64,000 nt of DNA from Felis catus. Taxonomy: Eukaryota. Under the pieces are notes generated by a model. That model was not told the DNA's origin. It saw only the letters and a program-made list of their open reading frames with translations, and did no database searches. Numbering within the stretch: the stretch's first letter is position 1; the number at the start of each line of letters is the position of its first letter. The stretch lies in the NCBI RefSeq assembly GCF_018350175.1, contig NC_058368.1, positions 172,796,001 through 172,860,000 of the forward strand, given 5' to 3'. Made by a program: the position numbers and the translations under genes. Shown here in pieces: positions 21,392 through 33,600 of the stretch.

Positions 21392-21945
21392 CTCCAGCTT
21401 CTAGGTTCCAGACCTGAAGCTTTGAGATCTGGCTTTAGACTTCAGGTCCTGAGTTCCATGTTCTGGGCCCGGAGCTGTAGGCCCTGTACCATAAATTCTC
21501 AGGTGCAAGCTCTGGGTTCCGGGCTCCAGGATCTGAGCTCCAGTCCCCTGACTCCAGTTTCAGGCATCTGACATCCAGCAGAGCAGGGACTCTGCTTCTT
21601 GGCATTGGGCTCTAGGTTCTGGGCTGCAACCCCTGATCCCAGATACCAGACTCTACTTCTTATTTTGTTATTATTATTTTTTTAAATTTTATTTTTAACT
21701 AATCTCTACACCCAATGTGGGGCTCAAACTTACAACCCGGAGAGCAAGAGTCTCACACTCTAGCCACTGAGCCAGCCAGGTGCCCCTCCAGATTCTAATT
21801 TTTTAGACTTCAGGCTCTTGGCTCCAGTTTCTGGGTCTGGGCTTCAGGTTCCAGTTCCAGGCTTTGTGCTCTGGGTCTGGGCTCCCAGTTCCAAGCTCCA
21901 GTTCCATACTCCATACTCCAGGTTTTGGGCCTGGTTGCTGGGTTC
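21392..21945. repeat. Degenerate 7-bp periodic array (TCYRGGY-like) interrupted by a SINE
   Basis: Runs such as tctgggt tccgggc tccagga tctgagc tccagtc and ttcaggc tcttggc tccagtt tctgggt. Confidence 0.7.
21657..21786 (-). mobile_element. Short Can-SINE
   Basis: T-rich tail, GGGGCTCAAACTTACAACCC, head TGAGCCAGCCAGGTGCCCC. Confidence 0.85.
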
Positions 21946-23231
21946 CTTCAACTCCTCAGCGGAAGGGCTGGAAGACGGTAGCCTACCTGGCTAGTGGGGT
22001 TACTGCTGCCCACCCCTCTTAGCTGGCCAGGGCCTCATTCTGGCAGTCAGCATTCCGGGCTGGCCTAGAAGTGGGAGGCTGGTTCTGTGGTGCTTCTCCT
22101 TGGCTTTCTGCCTCTGTTTTATCCCCAAGCCAGTTCTCTGCAGATAGGAGCTGAGATGGACCACACAGGAATCACAAAACACACACGTGTCATGTTCTGT
22201 TTCTCTTGGATCCGCCAGGACCACCAGGGACACCAATAGTGCCCCCTGTTTTTGTGTAGCGGTATGGGCCTGTGCCTGGCCTGGGATGCTTCTGATTCAG
22301 TATAACCAACCGTGTGTGTTCCTTCCCCTCTGGGCATTTCTTTCTCTGTGGAAGCTAAATTCCAGCCTCTAATCCCCCAGAAACTGGAGTCACCTGACCA
22401 TCAGGCCAGGCCTCCCGCGGGGTGCACCTTGCGCTCTCGCTCTTGGAGGTAGGAATGGCTGCCCCTGGAAGAATCCGCCCACAGCTGCATCAGCACTTAC
22501 AGCTGGGCTCCAGGTGAGAACTGGTGCCTCTACCTGCCCCCACCCCGGCCCAGAACCCAGGTCACCGTGTGCTCTGTGCTCGCTCTGTGCCCATCCCATA
22601 CTGTTTTACGTCTAAGACTGTCAACAGTGTAAGGGACCAGAGATAAGTAGCAAGTTTCTCTCTTAGAGTCTTGGGTCCCACAGGTGTCCTCCAGGCAGTC
22701 ATATCTCTCTCTGCCTGTGTCCTCTGTAAACTGGGGGTGCTGGAGCTGCACAGCAGTCAACAGATGTGTGTTTTCTCCCCTCCTTAACCCTGGGTGCTGG
22801 GTGGATAGGCTAACTCCCTTCCAGTCTTCCCATCTGGTGGGGGAGGAGAAGCAACTCCACTACTTTTCCCAACCACCAAGGAATCCAGCTCCATGCAGTG
22901 GCTTTGAAAGGGCCTGTGGGTTGACCAGGTGGTGACTTTTGCCCCTGGGCCTGGACCCCCATCTTTGCAGTGAGGGCCCAGGACCTTGAGAGATTCTGAG
23001 AGCACAAGAACTGGAAGGAGGGAACTGGGTCTCCTTCAGCCCAGGACAGCTTCAGGGGACATATTGGGGGATTGTGGCAGAGGGACACAGCGGCCAGCCA
23101 AAGTGGGCCAAGGTGGCCGGTGGGCTGAAGCCCCCAGGGAAGAGTTGGTTCTCCTTCTGGAGAAAGGGATGGTGGCCCAGTGTGACAAATAAGTGGCCCT
23201 GGGAAATTCTTTGTGTTTTTAGAATTATTAG

Positions 23232-23546
23232 TTTTTAAAAGTGTTTTATTTATTTTTGAGGGAGCATGAGCAGGGGAGGGGCAGAGAGAGAGGGGGACAG
23301 AGGATCCGAAGTGGGCTCTGCACTGACAGCAGCAAGCCCAATGCAGGGCTCGAACTCATGAACCATGAAATCATGACCTGAGCCAAAGTCAGACACTCAA
23401 CTGACTGGGCCACACAGGTACCCCTATTATAACTATCTTTAGGGATGCCTGGCTGGCTCAGTGGATAAAGCATACAACTCATGATCTCAGGGTTATGAGT
23501 TCAAGTCCCACATTGAGAATAGAGCTTGCTTAAACAATAAATAAAT
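23232..23546. mobile_element. Head-to-head Can-SINE pair (- 23232-23424; + 23441-23546)
   Basis: Two SINE heads 16 bp apart in opposite orientation. Confidence 0.85.
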
Positions 23547-24916
23547 ATTATAATTATTTTTAATTGCATCTTTTAAAAAAACATTAAAGCTAAAATGAAA
23601 GTGTCCTTTGACTACTCCTCCCAATCCTAGTCCCCTCCCCATTTTTATCTGCTTGGCATGCATCTTTCTAGAGCATTCTCTATTCTTTCTATATACTTAT
23701 ACATGTGTCTCTATGTTTGTGGTCATGTCATGTGCATTGCTCTACTTTCTTTTACCAGACAATAACACATCTTGGAGAACTTTCCACATAAGGACATGCT
23801 GTACCCAATTCTTTACCTACTGTGTGGTATTGCAGAACACAGACACGCTACCACCTTTTGTGTTACCCCACACATTTGGCTGTCTGCCAGTTTTGAGGTC
23901 ATAGACACCCCTGCAGGGAGGGCGACCCTGTACGTGGGAGTGAGTAATTCTCTGGTGGTAATGCTGGGGTCAGATGCTGCATTTTTAATTTTTATGCTCT
24001 TCTCCCCAGAGCAGCCACCTCAATGTATCCTTCCCCACCCCACCCCCAGAGGGTGCTGGCTTCCCAGAAGGGGTTCCTACAGCATCAGGGTCCTCCCTGG
24101 TGTATGTCCCTGAGTCAGACAGCCTGTGTGCTGGTCAAGCTCCAGCAACAAATTCTTTGCAGGATCCTGGACTAGTCACTTCCTCTCCTGTAGCCTTGGT
24201 TTTATCCCCACCAGGCTATTTTGTCATGAAGACAAAAATGAGATAAAGGATGGAGCCTGCCTAACTTGGGGGCCTGAGTTGATATGCATGTTCCTCCCCC
24301 TGCAGGGGCTAATGTCTATCGAGGCTCTTCCACCTGACCCATGACCCCCTCTATCATGGGGCAATCACATTTGTTGGTCCATAAGAGTAATAGGCATCCC
24401 TGCTGGGGCTTCAGAAGGGCAGGGGTGGGTGAAGGGGGGGCTTGCCTGAAGGATCTGCCAGTTTTAGGAAAATACCCTTCTCTTACCTGGTGTCCCTTCC
24501 TCTCTATCCTGGCACATGGAAGGGTGTCTCTGCCCACAGAGAGAAGCCCCAGGGCCCAGGAAGTGTAAGGGAGGTTCCACAGCCGATTGGGGAAGGGACA
24601 TGGGTTTGTCTCCCTACCCCCATCTGGCCAAAGACTGTGTGCTATGCAGTCCCCTGCCCAGGACCCCCACTGCCCTGCTGTCCCTGCTTCCTTGGTCTAT
24701 CTGAGGCTGCAGAATCATTTGTCAGCCCAGTAGGCCAAGGGGAAACAACAGTGACTAAGATGGACAAGGTCACTGCCATCAGGGCATGTTTATCATATTG
24801 TCAGCAAACAAGTGTGAATAAGTAAATAAGGTCATTACAGAGTGGGATTAGCACTGTGAAGGAAGAAAACTGGACAGCATGGTAGAGGAAAAAGTTGGGG
24901 AGCACTTCATATCTGG

Positions 24917-25277
24917 TGTCAGTCCATTTGGACTGCTATAACAAAAATACCAGAGACTGCGTGGCTTACCCAAAAATTTATTTCTCACAGTTCTAGAGGC
25001 TGGAAGTCCAAGATCAGGGGGTCAGCATATTCGGTGTCTGTGAGAGCCCTCTTCCAGGTGGTAGACAGCCAACTTCTTGCTGTGTCCTCACAGGGTGAAA
25101 GGGGTGGGGGAGCTCTCTGGGGTCTCTTTTATAAGCACACTAACCCCACTCACGAGGGCTCCACCTTCATGACCAAGCACATCCCAAATGCTCCACCTCC
25201 TAATACCATCACCTTAGGGCTGGGATTTCAACATATGAATTTGGGGGGAGGGGAACACAAACATTTAGACCACAGCT
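24917..25277 (-). mobile_element. MLT1A-like MaLR solo LTR
   Basis: GGACTGCTATAACAAAA, ATTTATTTCTCACAGTTCTAGAGGCTGGAAGTCCAAGATCA, CCTCCTAATACCATCAC and ATTTCAACATATGAATTTGGGGG motifs. Confidence 0.85.
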
Positions 25278-27051
25278 TCAAGTGACCAGGGAAGACTCCA
25301 CTGAGATGTTCAAGCTGAGATCTTCAATGAAGCAAGACTTTTGTGGTTGCAGGTCTCAGAAAACCCACTCAGAGTCACAAGCACATACACATGGAAAGAA
25401 TGTGTTGGCTTGCCTAAATGAGAATGTCTAGGGGTGGTTGACTTTAGATGTTCAGGGAAATTTTGGAATCTCCCTCTATCTCTCAGTCCTGCTCTCCTGC
25501 ATTTGTTTGATTCACATGCAGGTTCTCTCCCTGTGTATCCTCTGTTCAAATCCCTAGGAAAGGGTAAAGGACAAGGACTGTCATTTTCACTCGGGTCAGA
25601 AGATCATTCCTGCACCAAACTCTGATTGACCAGGCCTGGGTCATGAGCCCACCCCAGCAGCTAGAGGGTCTGGCCAGCCCAGACAAAGAAAATGGGCAGT
25701 GGGGGTAGAGGGCTGAAGTCCCCCAAGAAAGGCTTGGGTTAGACTTCTGAAGAAAGGCACATTGGGTCAGCAAACCCCACTGATTTCTCTCAGGAATTTC
25801 AAGGATGAGGTGCCATGATAGGGGGTGTGGGGGTGGGGGGTAGTTCCTGACAAACGGGACAGCAAGCACAAAGAACTGGAGTGGTTCGGGAGAGAGTTTT
25901 ACCTGTCTGAGGTGGTCAGGAGGTGTCCCCTCAAGGTTCCCATGTCCCCTTGTTTGTCTCAGCAGCACTGGGATTGAGTCTGGCTTCTCTGCCCGCAAGC
26001 TGGGCCCTCCTTCTGGGAGGTCCTCCCCACTCTCTCTCCCTATGTGGGCTACCTAGGGACAGGGATAGGCACCCAGCCAAAGCAGACAAGGGACAGAACC
26101 TGCTCCCACCACAACACCCAGTATCCTCTACAAGGCTCTAACGCATCCGAAGAAGCCCATAGCCATGTCTGCAGAGACACACTCAGTCCCAGTAGAAGCA
26201 GAGGACAATAGCCAGATGCTGTACTCTATTCAGATCCAGAGACTGAGGAACAGTGCGATGACAGGTGGCAGAGCCATGGCTCCCCAGAAGTGTCTTCCCC
26301 TCCCTCCCTTTGCCCCCCCCCACCCTTCCTCCTTTCCTCCCTGTCTCTGTCTCTCATATTCACACCCCAATACTCTGTGCAGTCAGGAAGAGAGAGTCTG
26401 ACAACAGGAAGTCAGGGGGCACGTCTTGAGGTCCCCAAGGGCTTCCTGGCACTGACCCTGGTGACAGAGGCAGTATGGCTTGGGGGGGGGCACACAAGGT
26501 AGACTGGTATACAAGGAACACACCTCATGGGAGAATAATAATTACTATTATAATAACAATATCATACATCCAGGACAAACCCAGTTGCCCCAAGCCAACT
26601 GCAAAATCCATATGTCCAGCAGAGCCTATGTGAGTAGTGGGAGGGGCTTCCCGCCTACACCCCCAGGCCTTACTCATACCAGCTCCCTGAGGAGGGGCCA
26701 GCCCCTCCTCCTGCTCCTTGCTGAGGCTTAGCACAGGGTGAGGAGGCTGGCACTGCCAATGCCATCCTTCTGTGCTGGACATGCCTGCACCAGAGAGGTT
26801 AGGCCCACCTCCCCTCAGTGGCCTGGCAGCAAGGGATGGATGAGTGAACCTATAAGGGACCAAGTGGTGGCAGCTGTGGGGTGCGGCTCCTCTGAGCCCA
26901 CTCTCCGCCCTCTTCTGGCTCTTCCTGCGGGCCTGCCCGTGACAGGAAGTGGCCAGGAACACTCATGGCACAGACAGGGCATGCAGAGCGGGCCCATGGC
27001 ATGCTTGGCCCGCCAGGTGCCATGCAGCCGGCCTGGACTGTTGGGCAGCTG

Positions 27052-27254
27052 TCAGAGGGCTGAGTGGGCAGTGGAGTCCAAGGGGTCCCCCTTGGGTTGG
27101 ACCTCTGATTCAGTCTGTGGTGGGGCCTCCTGGGAGTTGGGCCCTTGGACAGGCAGCTGCAGAAATTCTGGAAGCACCAGGTCCTCTTTGCGCAGAAGGC
27201 CCCTCTGGTCATGGGCCCCGCTGCTCTGCACCCGATTCAGCAGCTCCACTAGGC
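27052..27254 (-). CDS. RGS14: RGS14 exon 15 coding part (203 nt; GoLoco motif and C-terminus)
   Basis: ccctag|[26 protein letters not shown]...STAHSAL*. Confidence 0.96.
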
Positions 27255-30200
27255 CTAGGGGTGACCACAGAGTCAAGAAGCCCACCAGTGCAGACCTGCC
27301 TATGCTAGCCCACCACTGTTCTACTGCCCTTATTATGACCACAGCCTCCCCAAATGCCCCCCTCCCACCCTTCAGGCCCTCTGGTCCCCCAACCCCAATG
27401 GACATTGTTCCAGCCCCAATAACATCAAGCCTCAGATCAAGCCTCTCTGGTACCACCCACCCTCAATGGTCCCCAACCCTTTTGGTCTCTAGTTCCCACC
27501 ATCCCCAAAGTACCTTCAATGTCACAGGTCTGCCGCTTCCCAGTGATACTACTGGTTGCCTGGGCCATCGAGTTGAGGGACAGTGAAGAGGGATGGGCGG
27601 CCTTGTTCTGAGTTCTAGGCTGGCCGCCCTGCGAGAATGTGGAGTCAGAGCCACAACTGGGAGGGGAGGTGCAGTAGGCAGAAGAGGGAGCCTTTACTCT
27701 CACTCACCTGGCTGCGGCTCGGGGCTGTGTCTCCAGCTTCAGGAGTCTTCACCCCTATGGCAGAGAGGGCCACCCTTACTGTTTGCCTCCCACCTGGACC
27801 CCTTCTGGGCCAGGGTCATCTCCAGGGACCAAGCCCCAGGGCCTTGGTTCTCTACCTGGGAGAGTGTCCAAAACCAGTCTCTGGGCTGCCACCGAGCTCA
27901 CTAGCTTCCCCAGATCCAGCGGCTGCTTCTCGCCTGGCTGTGGGAACAGGTCAGCAGCCTGCAGGACAGGCAGCCCGTTCCCCGCTGTCCCTCCTCTGCC
28001 CTGCTGTCCCCCAGCTCACCAGGCACAGTGCCACCTGCTGCGGGCTCAGGCCGTGCTTCGTCAGAATGGGCTGCAGCGCCTCCTGCAGTCGCTTGGTGGG
28101 CTTGGCGGAGATCCGCACCACGCGATCCAGCGCCGCCAACTCGAGCCTGCACGGGACCCTAGCGCTGCGGAACCGCGGAGAGCCGACCCCGCCTCTCCCC
28201 CAACCCATCCCGGACGAGGCCCAGGAGGGGGCGGAGCCTAAACTAGGGAGGTGGGACAACTTGGGGGTGGGACCTCAGTCCCCGGGACGCGGTTAGCACC
28301 AGGGACAGGACCTGAGAGGGAGTACAGCAGCCAGAACTGGGACCCAAGCCTGGGAGGAGGGGCACTCACTCGAAGGTGATCCTGTTCTCCAGCCGCACTT
28401 CCTGGTCCGCCAACACGGTGCAGTCCTGATCCAGGACCAGAGCCTTCTGCGGATGCCAGTCAGGGTCTCAGAGTCCCTCCCTCCCCACCCCTAACGATCC
28501 CCAGGGTCCGAAGGAACCACCTCACTTCCACCCATGGCCCCCACTGGGGATCCCTACGGGTCAGAGAGAAAGGCGATGGGCAGGTGAGCGATAGAGATGT
28601 GGATGGAATAAGACACCTGGCTGAGTCGGAGCCTAGCCAGGGAGAAGGGTGGCAAGAAGGTTGGACAGCCTTGGAAAAGAAACGGAGTTATGGGAAACAT
28701 GGGGGTGGGATGAGCACGAAATGGTAATGAGGCTGCTTGGATACGGAGCAGGCTCAGGTCCTGGATTATGGAGCTGCCTCTTCTTGGGCCAGGCCAGTCC
28801 AAGACCCACTTCCTGGATGGCTGCCCACTTTTGTCTCAGGCATGTGAAATCCATGGATGCATTTCCTCCCTCACCACCCACCTTTGATCAGCCACCCAGA
28901 CCTTGTCCCTTTTTTGACACTTGTCCACTTCTCTCCATCCCCACCTACTAAGGACACTTCTTGTCTCCTCACTGCAACAAGAGCTCTTCTCCCAGACCAC
29001 TGTGAGGCCAGAAGGATATAAAGTATCTGGCACAGTGCCTGGCACACAGTAGGTACGTAAACAGTAGGTAGTGACTACTGCCCGTGTAGGTCCCACTGCC
29101 TGCACCAGCCCAGGGCAGGGAGGCAGCCTCTTCCAGGGAAGGCCTGTGCTCTGCTTCAGGGACAGGTGGAGTGTGGGTGGGGAGTTATATTCGGCAGATG
29201 AGAAGGCCCATCTGGGCTTCAGAGTCTTCCCCGGGTGGCCTGAGTGGGCAGAGATCCTCCCACTACTGCCCTCACAGTCCCACTCTCCAGGCCCCTGAAC
29301 TTGCCCTGCACTTCTTATTCATATCCAGACTTCACTTAAGTTGTTCCTTCGGCTGAGAATGTCTTTTCCTGACAGTTCTGCCAGGCAAACTCCTCCCCAT
29401 CCTTATCCTCCTCTCATCAACAGCTGCCTCTTTCATGAAGTCTTCCCGGAGCCAGCCAGAAAAGCTTACTTTTCCCTAGAAACTCTCTGAAGCTTCGGCT
29501 CCTTTTCCCTGATCACATCCTGCCTGGCTTACCGCCAGCCTGTGGACCTGGAGGACAGAGCTCAGGTCTGGGTCCCTCTGCTCACCTACCTGGCAGGGCC
29601 TTAGGCCTTGTCTGGGAGAATGAAATCCTATAGGGTCTCCCTGGAATGCAGCATTCTTTCTTCGAACCCTTCTTACTGGATGATTTGTTTTAAAGTACAT
29701 TTCCCCCCACATTCCTCTGTAAAGCTTAATTCTAGTTTGCACCTCAAGAAAACTTTTTTTGTGGGCTAGGTGCATTTGAGTGCCCCTGATGGCCTTTCAA
29801 AGATGGTCAGTAGGGACTCGGGGTCATGGGGGAAACCCAGCTCTGGCAGTGGTTCTCCCCTACTCTCCCTCCCCAGAGCATCACAGTGAAGATAATGGTA
29901 AAGCTGGAAACCAGGAGGGGAATGGGGTGGGGAAAGAATTTTCAAGGGATGAGAGTGGAAGTCTGAGTTTGAGGAATTGGTGCTGGGTTGATTTGGAGCT
30001 GAGCATGGGGGACGGGGCAGGGTTGTGTTGAGGATTGGAATTAGGAAGGGGGTGAGGATGGGAATGGAACTGGGGTGGAGGTCATAGCTGAGCACAGATA
30101 GGAATGGGGTTGGGATCAGGAAGATAGTTAGAGTTGGGGACCAGGCCAAGTCCACACCTGCTCATTGCCCACCAGGTAGACTTTGATGTCAGGTAGAGAG

Positions 30201-30634
30201 AGACCTCGTTTCTCACAGATGCCTGCCAGCATGGCACGGATGGTGAGGCCAGGTCGGGCCAGGGCCAAGGAGGCTGTGCCATCGGGCAGGTACACGCAGC
30301 AGTACTTCCCTGGCCTGCTTTCGCTCTCACCTTCTGTGCTCCCAAGGCTTTTCCTGTGGCTCTGATTCAGGACAGGGGTGGAAGGAAGGTCATGTGTACA
30401 TATTCAGGGACAATGCAGAGAGTTACACAGGCAGGTAAGCCCACCGGGTGCACACATGCACACACATGCCTAAGGGCACACTTTTAGGCAGGCAAAGATA
30501 CTCCTACAGGAACATATGTATGCTCACATGTATGTAACATATGCTCATATGTATGCCAGGTGTAAGGACACCCAGAGACAGATCCTCCCACTGACCCCCA
30601 CACATCTGCTGTGTACACCTGGGCACCCACACGT

Positions 30635-30673
<39 letters not shown>

Positions 30674-33600
30674 GGGAATGTACACCTATGCCATGCATGA
30701 GGCCCATTGTGGTGAGGACAGGAAGAAAGTGAGGAGGCTAAGGGGTTGGTAGCAGGAAGATGTAAGTAGGAACCATGACTAGGAATGATGGTGGCCACAC
30801 AAAGGGGCATGAGTAGTGGCCCTAGCCTGCACGTTGTCCCCCCCAGCAGGCCGCTCACCTCAGATTTGCTGCTGACAAAGGCAAGGAAGCCGAGGTCCAG
30901 ACTGGCAGACGAGTTGAGGGAGCCCTGGGACTCTCTGCGCAAGGCTGAGTTTGGGGCCCCGCCTGCCAGTTCTAGAGGAGACGGAGCAGTGAGCAGAACA
31001 GCCCCTCCTCCCTATACCCCCTTCTCCACCGCCAGGTGGACCCCGCTGGAGCCCTCCCGCAGGGGTCTAACGCGGCTTGGGGCCACGGAAGCGTTGGTAC
31101 TGAGGGGGCTTCCCAAACTTCAGGGCTCTAGTCTGGAAACCGAACCACCGGGGGAACGTGGTGGTCACAGGGTATTTCGGTTTTCACAGATTTACAAATA
31201 GGAGGAAGGGGGCATTCTCAAAGCTTGCTCAAACTCCCACCCTGACTCTTGTCTGTGGCCTCCGACCCTCACCCTTGCGGAAGGACTTGCGGAGCGGGCG
31301 GCCGCCAGAGCCCTCAGCAGAAGGCTGGTGCCCCAACTCCTCCACGCCCAGCGGCAGCGACTTCCCGGGCTTCAGCTTCGGTTTCTGCGGGTGGAGGAAA
31401 GGCGCTGGCTCGGGGCCGGACCCCAGCCTACGTGCAGACCGTGGACACAACCCTACAGATCTGCGCCCGGCCCACCGCCTCCCACTGCCCCTCGTCCGCA
31501 CCTTCCTGGTGGAGTCGGGGCTGCCGGGGCTGGAGGAGCCAGGTTCCCGCAGGGGGCGTCCCTCGGCCTCCGCCAGGAGACATTCGCGGTACAGCGGGGA
31601 CTTGACGAAGCGCGCATAGCTGTCGAACTTCATCAAGTTGAAGATCTGCGGGACCCGCGCCGGGGCGGTGAGCCGAAGGGGGCGCTCAACTTGCCCCCAG
31701 CTTACCTGGCCCTGTCCTCAAGGTTAGCTGGGTCCCCAACCTAGCAGCTGAGACCTTAGCCCCTCCCACGCAACTCCTTGATCTAGTCCAGTGCCTACTC
31801 TTGGCCCCGCCTCGACCTCTGCTAGGCTCCACCGCCCCTAGACCCTGCTCCACCGTAGCCTCTGGTACCGCCCTCTGACCCGCGCCCTGCCCCTGCATTT
31901 AACTTTGGTGCGGGCATCCAAATCCAAATTTGCTCCTCTCCGTAGGCCACTCCAACCCCATCCCACCCCTGACAATCGGGCTTTGCCCTGGATCTGGTCC
32001 CACCTCTTGTCCTTTCTTCCAAGGCCACTCCCCCTAATCCCAAACCGAGGCCCCTGGGAACACTCACCTGGAGCTGCTGTTCCCGGAACATGTCCGGTCG
32101 AGGCTCTGCCAGCACCTCCTCGCCTAGCCAAGCCTGCCGGTCTATGTTCACTGGGCTCAGTGCCTGGCTGGACAGGAACTCCCGGTAGATGTGGCGGGCC
32201 TCCTGAGCCAGCTGTTGCAGGAGGGACAGGTGAAGGTCAGGGGCATGACCCAGGCTCTGGTCCCACCACTCTGCCCCAGCTGGTCTTTTCCCCCACCTGC
32301 TGGGTGTCGCTGGCAGGGATCTGCTGGAAGCGCTCACAGGCCTTCCAGAAAGTTACATTCTCAGCACTGAACTCCTTCTTCAGGAACTCCTGGTGCACAG
32401 AAGGAAGAGGCAGGCAGAGACACAGAGACCCAGTCAGGGGATGCGGTCAAAGAGATTGGGATAGAGATAGGGCCAAGAGGCCAAATCAGACAGATAGGGC
32501 CAGACAGACAGATGGGGCCCGATCAGAAGGCACAGAGAGGAAATGGGAGGCAGAGACAAGTTCCCTGCTGAGAGAAAAGGAAGAAGATGCCAAAGAAAGG
32601 CTGGATGAGGCAGCTGACACAGGAATTCCACTCTGGCCAGCTTGAAGCTCCATCCATATCCTCTCCCATGCCGGCCACCCTACCCCCACCCCCCACCTGG
32701 TGGCCACTGCCATCTGCCCTCCCTATCCCATCCCAGGGCTTACAGTGAAATATGCCAGCCCCAGAGGGTCCTGCAGCAGCCGCTCAAAGGACAGGCCCCA
32801 GCTGGCCACAGGCTGCTCCTCGGTGGAGAAGGGGCTGCTGGGGCCACTGGGGAGGCTGTGGATACTGAGAGAGCTTCCTCGGCCGTCACCCTGGCCCTGG
32901 GGCCCTGCTGTGCTGCTCAGCTCTGTAGGTGGATAGACAAATGGTGGTGAGCTTTGTGGCCTTCCCCAGCCCTTGGCCCAACCCCATCAGTAGGTATTTT
33001 CCCAGGAAAGATACCAAGAGGTGTCCCCACCCTTTTCCACATACCCTCCCCCACCCCAGTCAGGCCTCCTCTGTACCCTCTGTCACTTACCTCCATCTGA
33101 GACAGCCAGAACCTACAAGAGACCCAAGGTAGATAGTCAGAGCAGAGCCTGGGGTAGATTCTCAAGGGACAGCTCTGGGCTCAGGCCCCAGGACTGGAGC
33201 TTGTTTTCCTCTCCCTGGAGGGCCATGCTGGGCATTCCCAGTGAGGTCACTGCTTGCTCAGCATTTTGCTCAGGCTACTCCCGGCTCCCCTTCCATCATG
33301 TGCCAACCACTGTGTGCTGGAATTTATGCCAGTTACTTTCCATTTGCCCCTGGTTCCCTCCTCCCTCAGCACTTGCTGGGTAAACTCAGATGTACAGCAT
33401 GGTGAGGATCAGCACAGACTTTGAATCTTGTCTCTGCCATTTACTAGCTGAGTAACTCGTTACTTGTTTGTTTGCATCTGTAATAGGAGATGGTGATAAT
33501 AATAGTAACTTACCTTCTGGGACTATTGTGAGGATCAAATCAGTTTAATACATTTCCAGCACTGAGAACAGTGGCCAGCATGTGGCAAGTGCTGTATCAA

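Noticed and set aside
21299..21571. 90-aa ORF across the heptamer array
   Set aside because: A period of 7 does not preserve frame, the peptide is not repetitive, and the start is non-ATG
26738..28296. 282-aa and 219-aa plus-strand ORFs antisense to the RGS14 3' exons
   Set aside because: Non-ATG starts; shadow ORFs of GC-rich coding sequence with no protein family resemblance
31905..32645. 246-aa plus-strand ORF antisense to RGS14 exons 4-5
   Set aside because: Antisense shadow crossing introns and a purine-rich low-complexity tract
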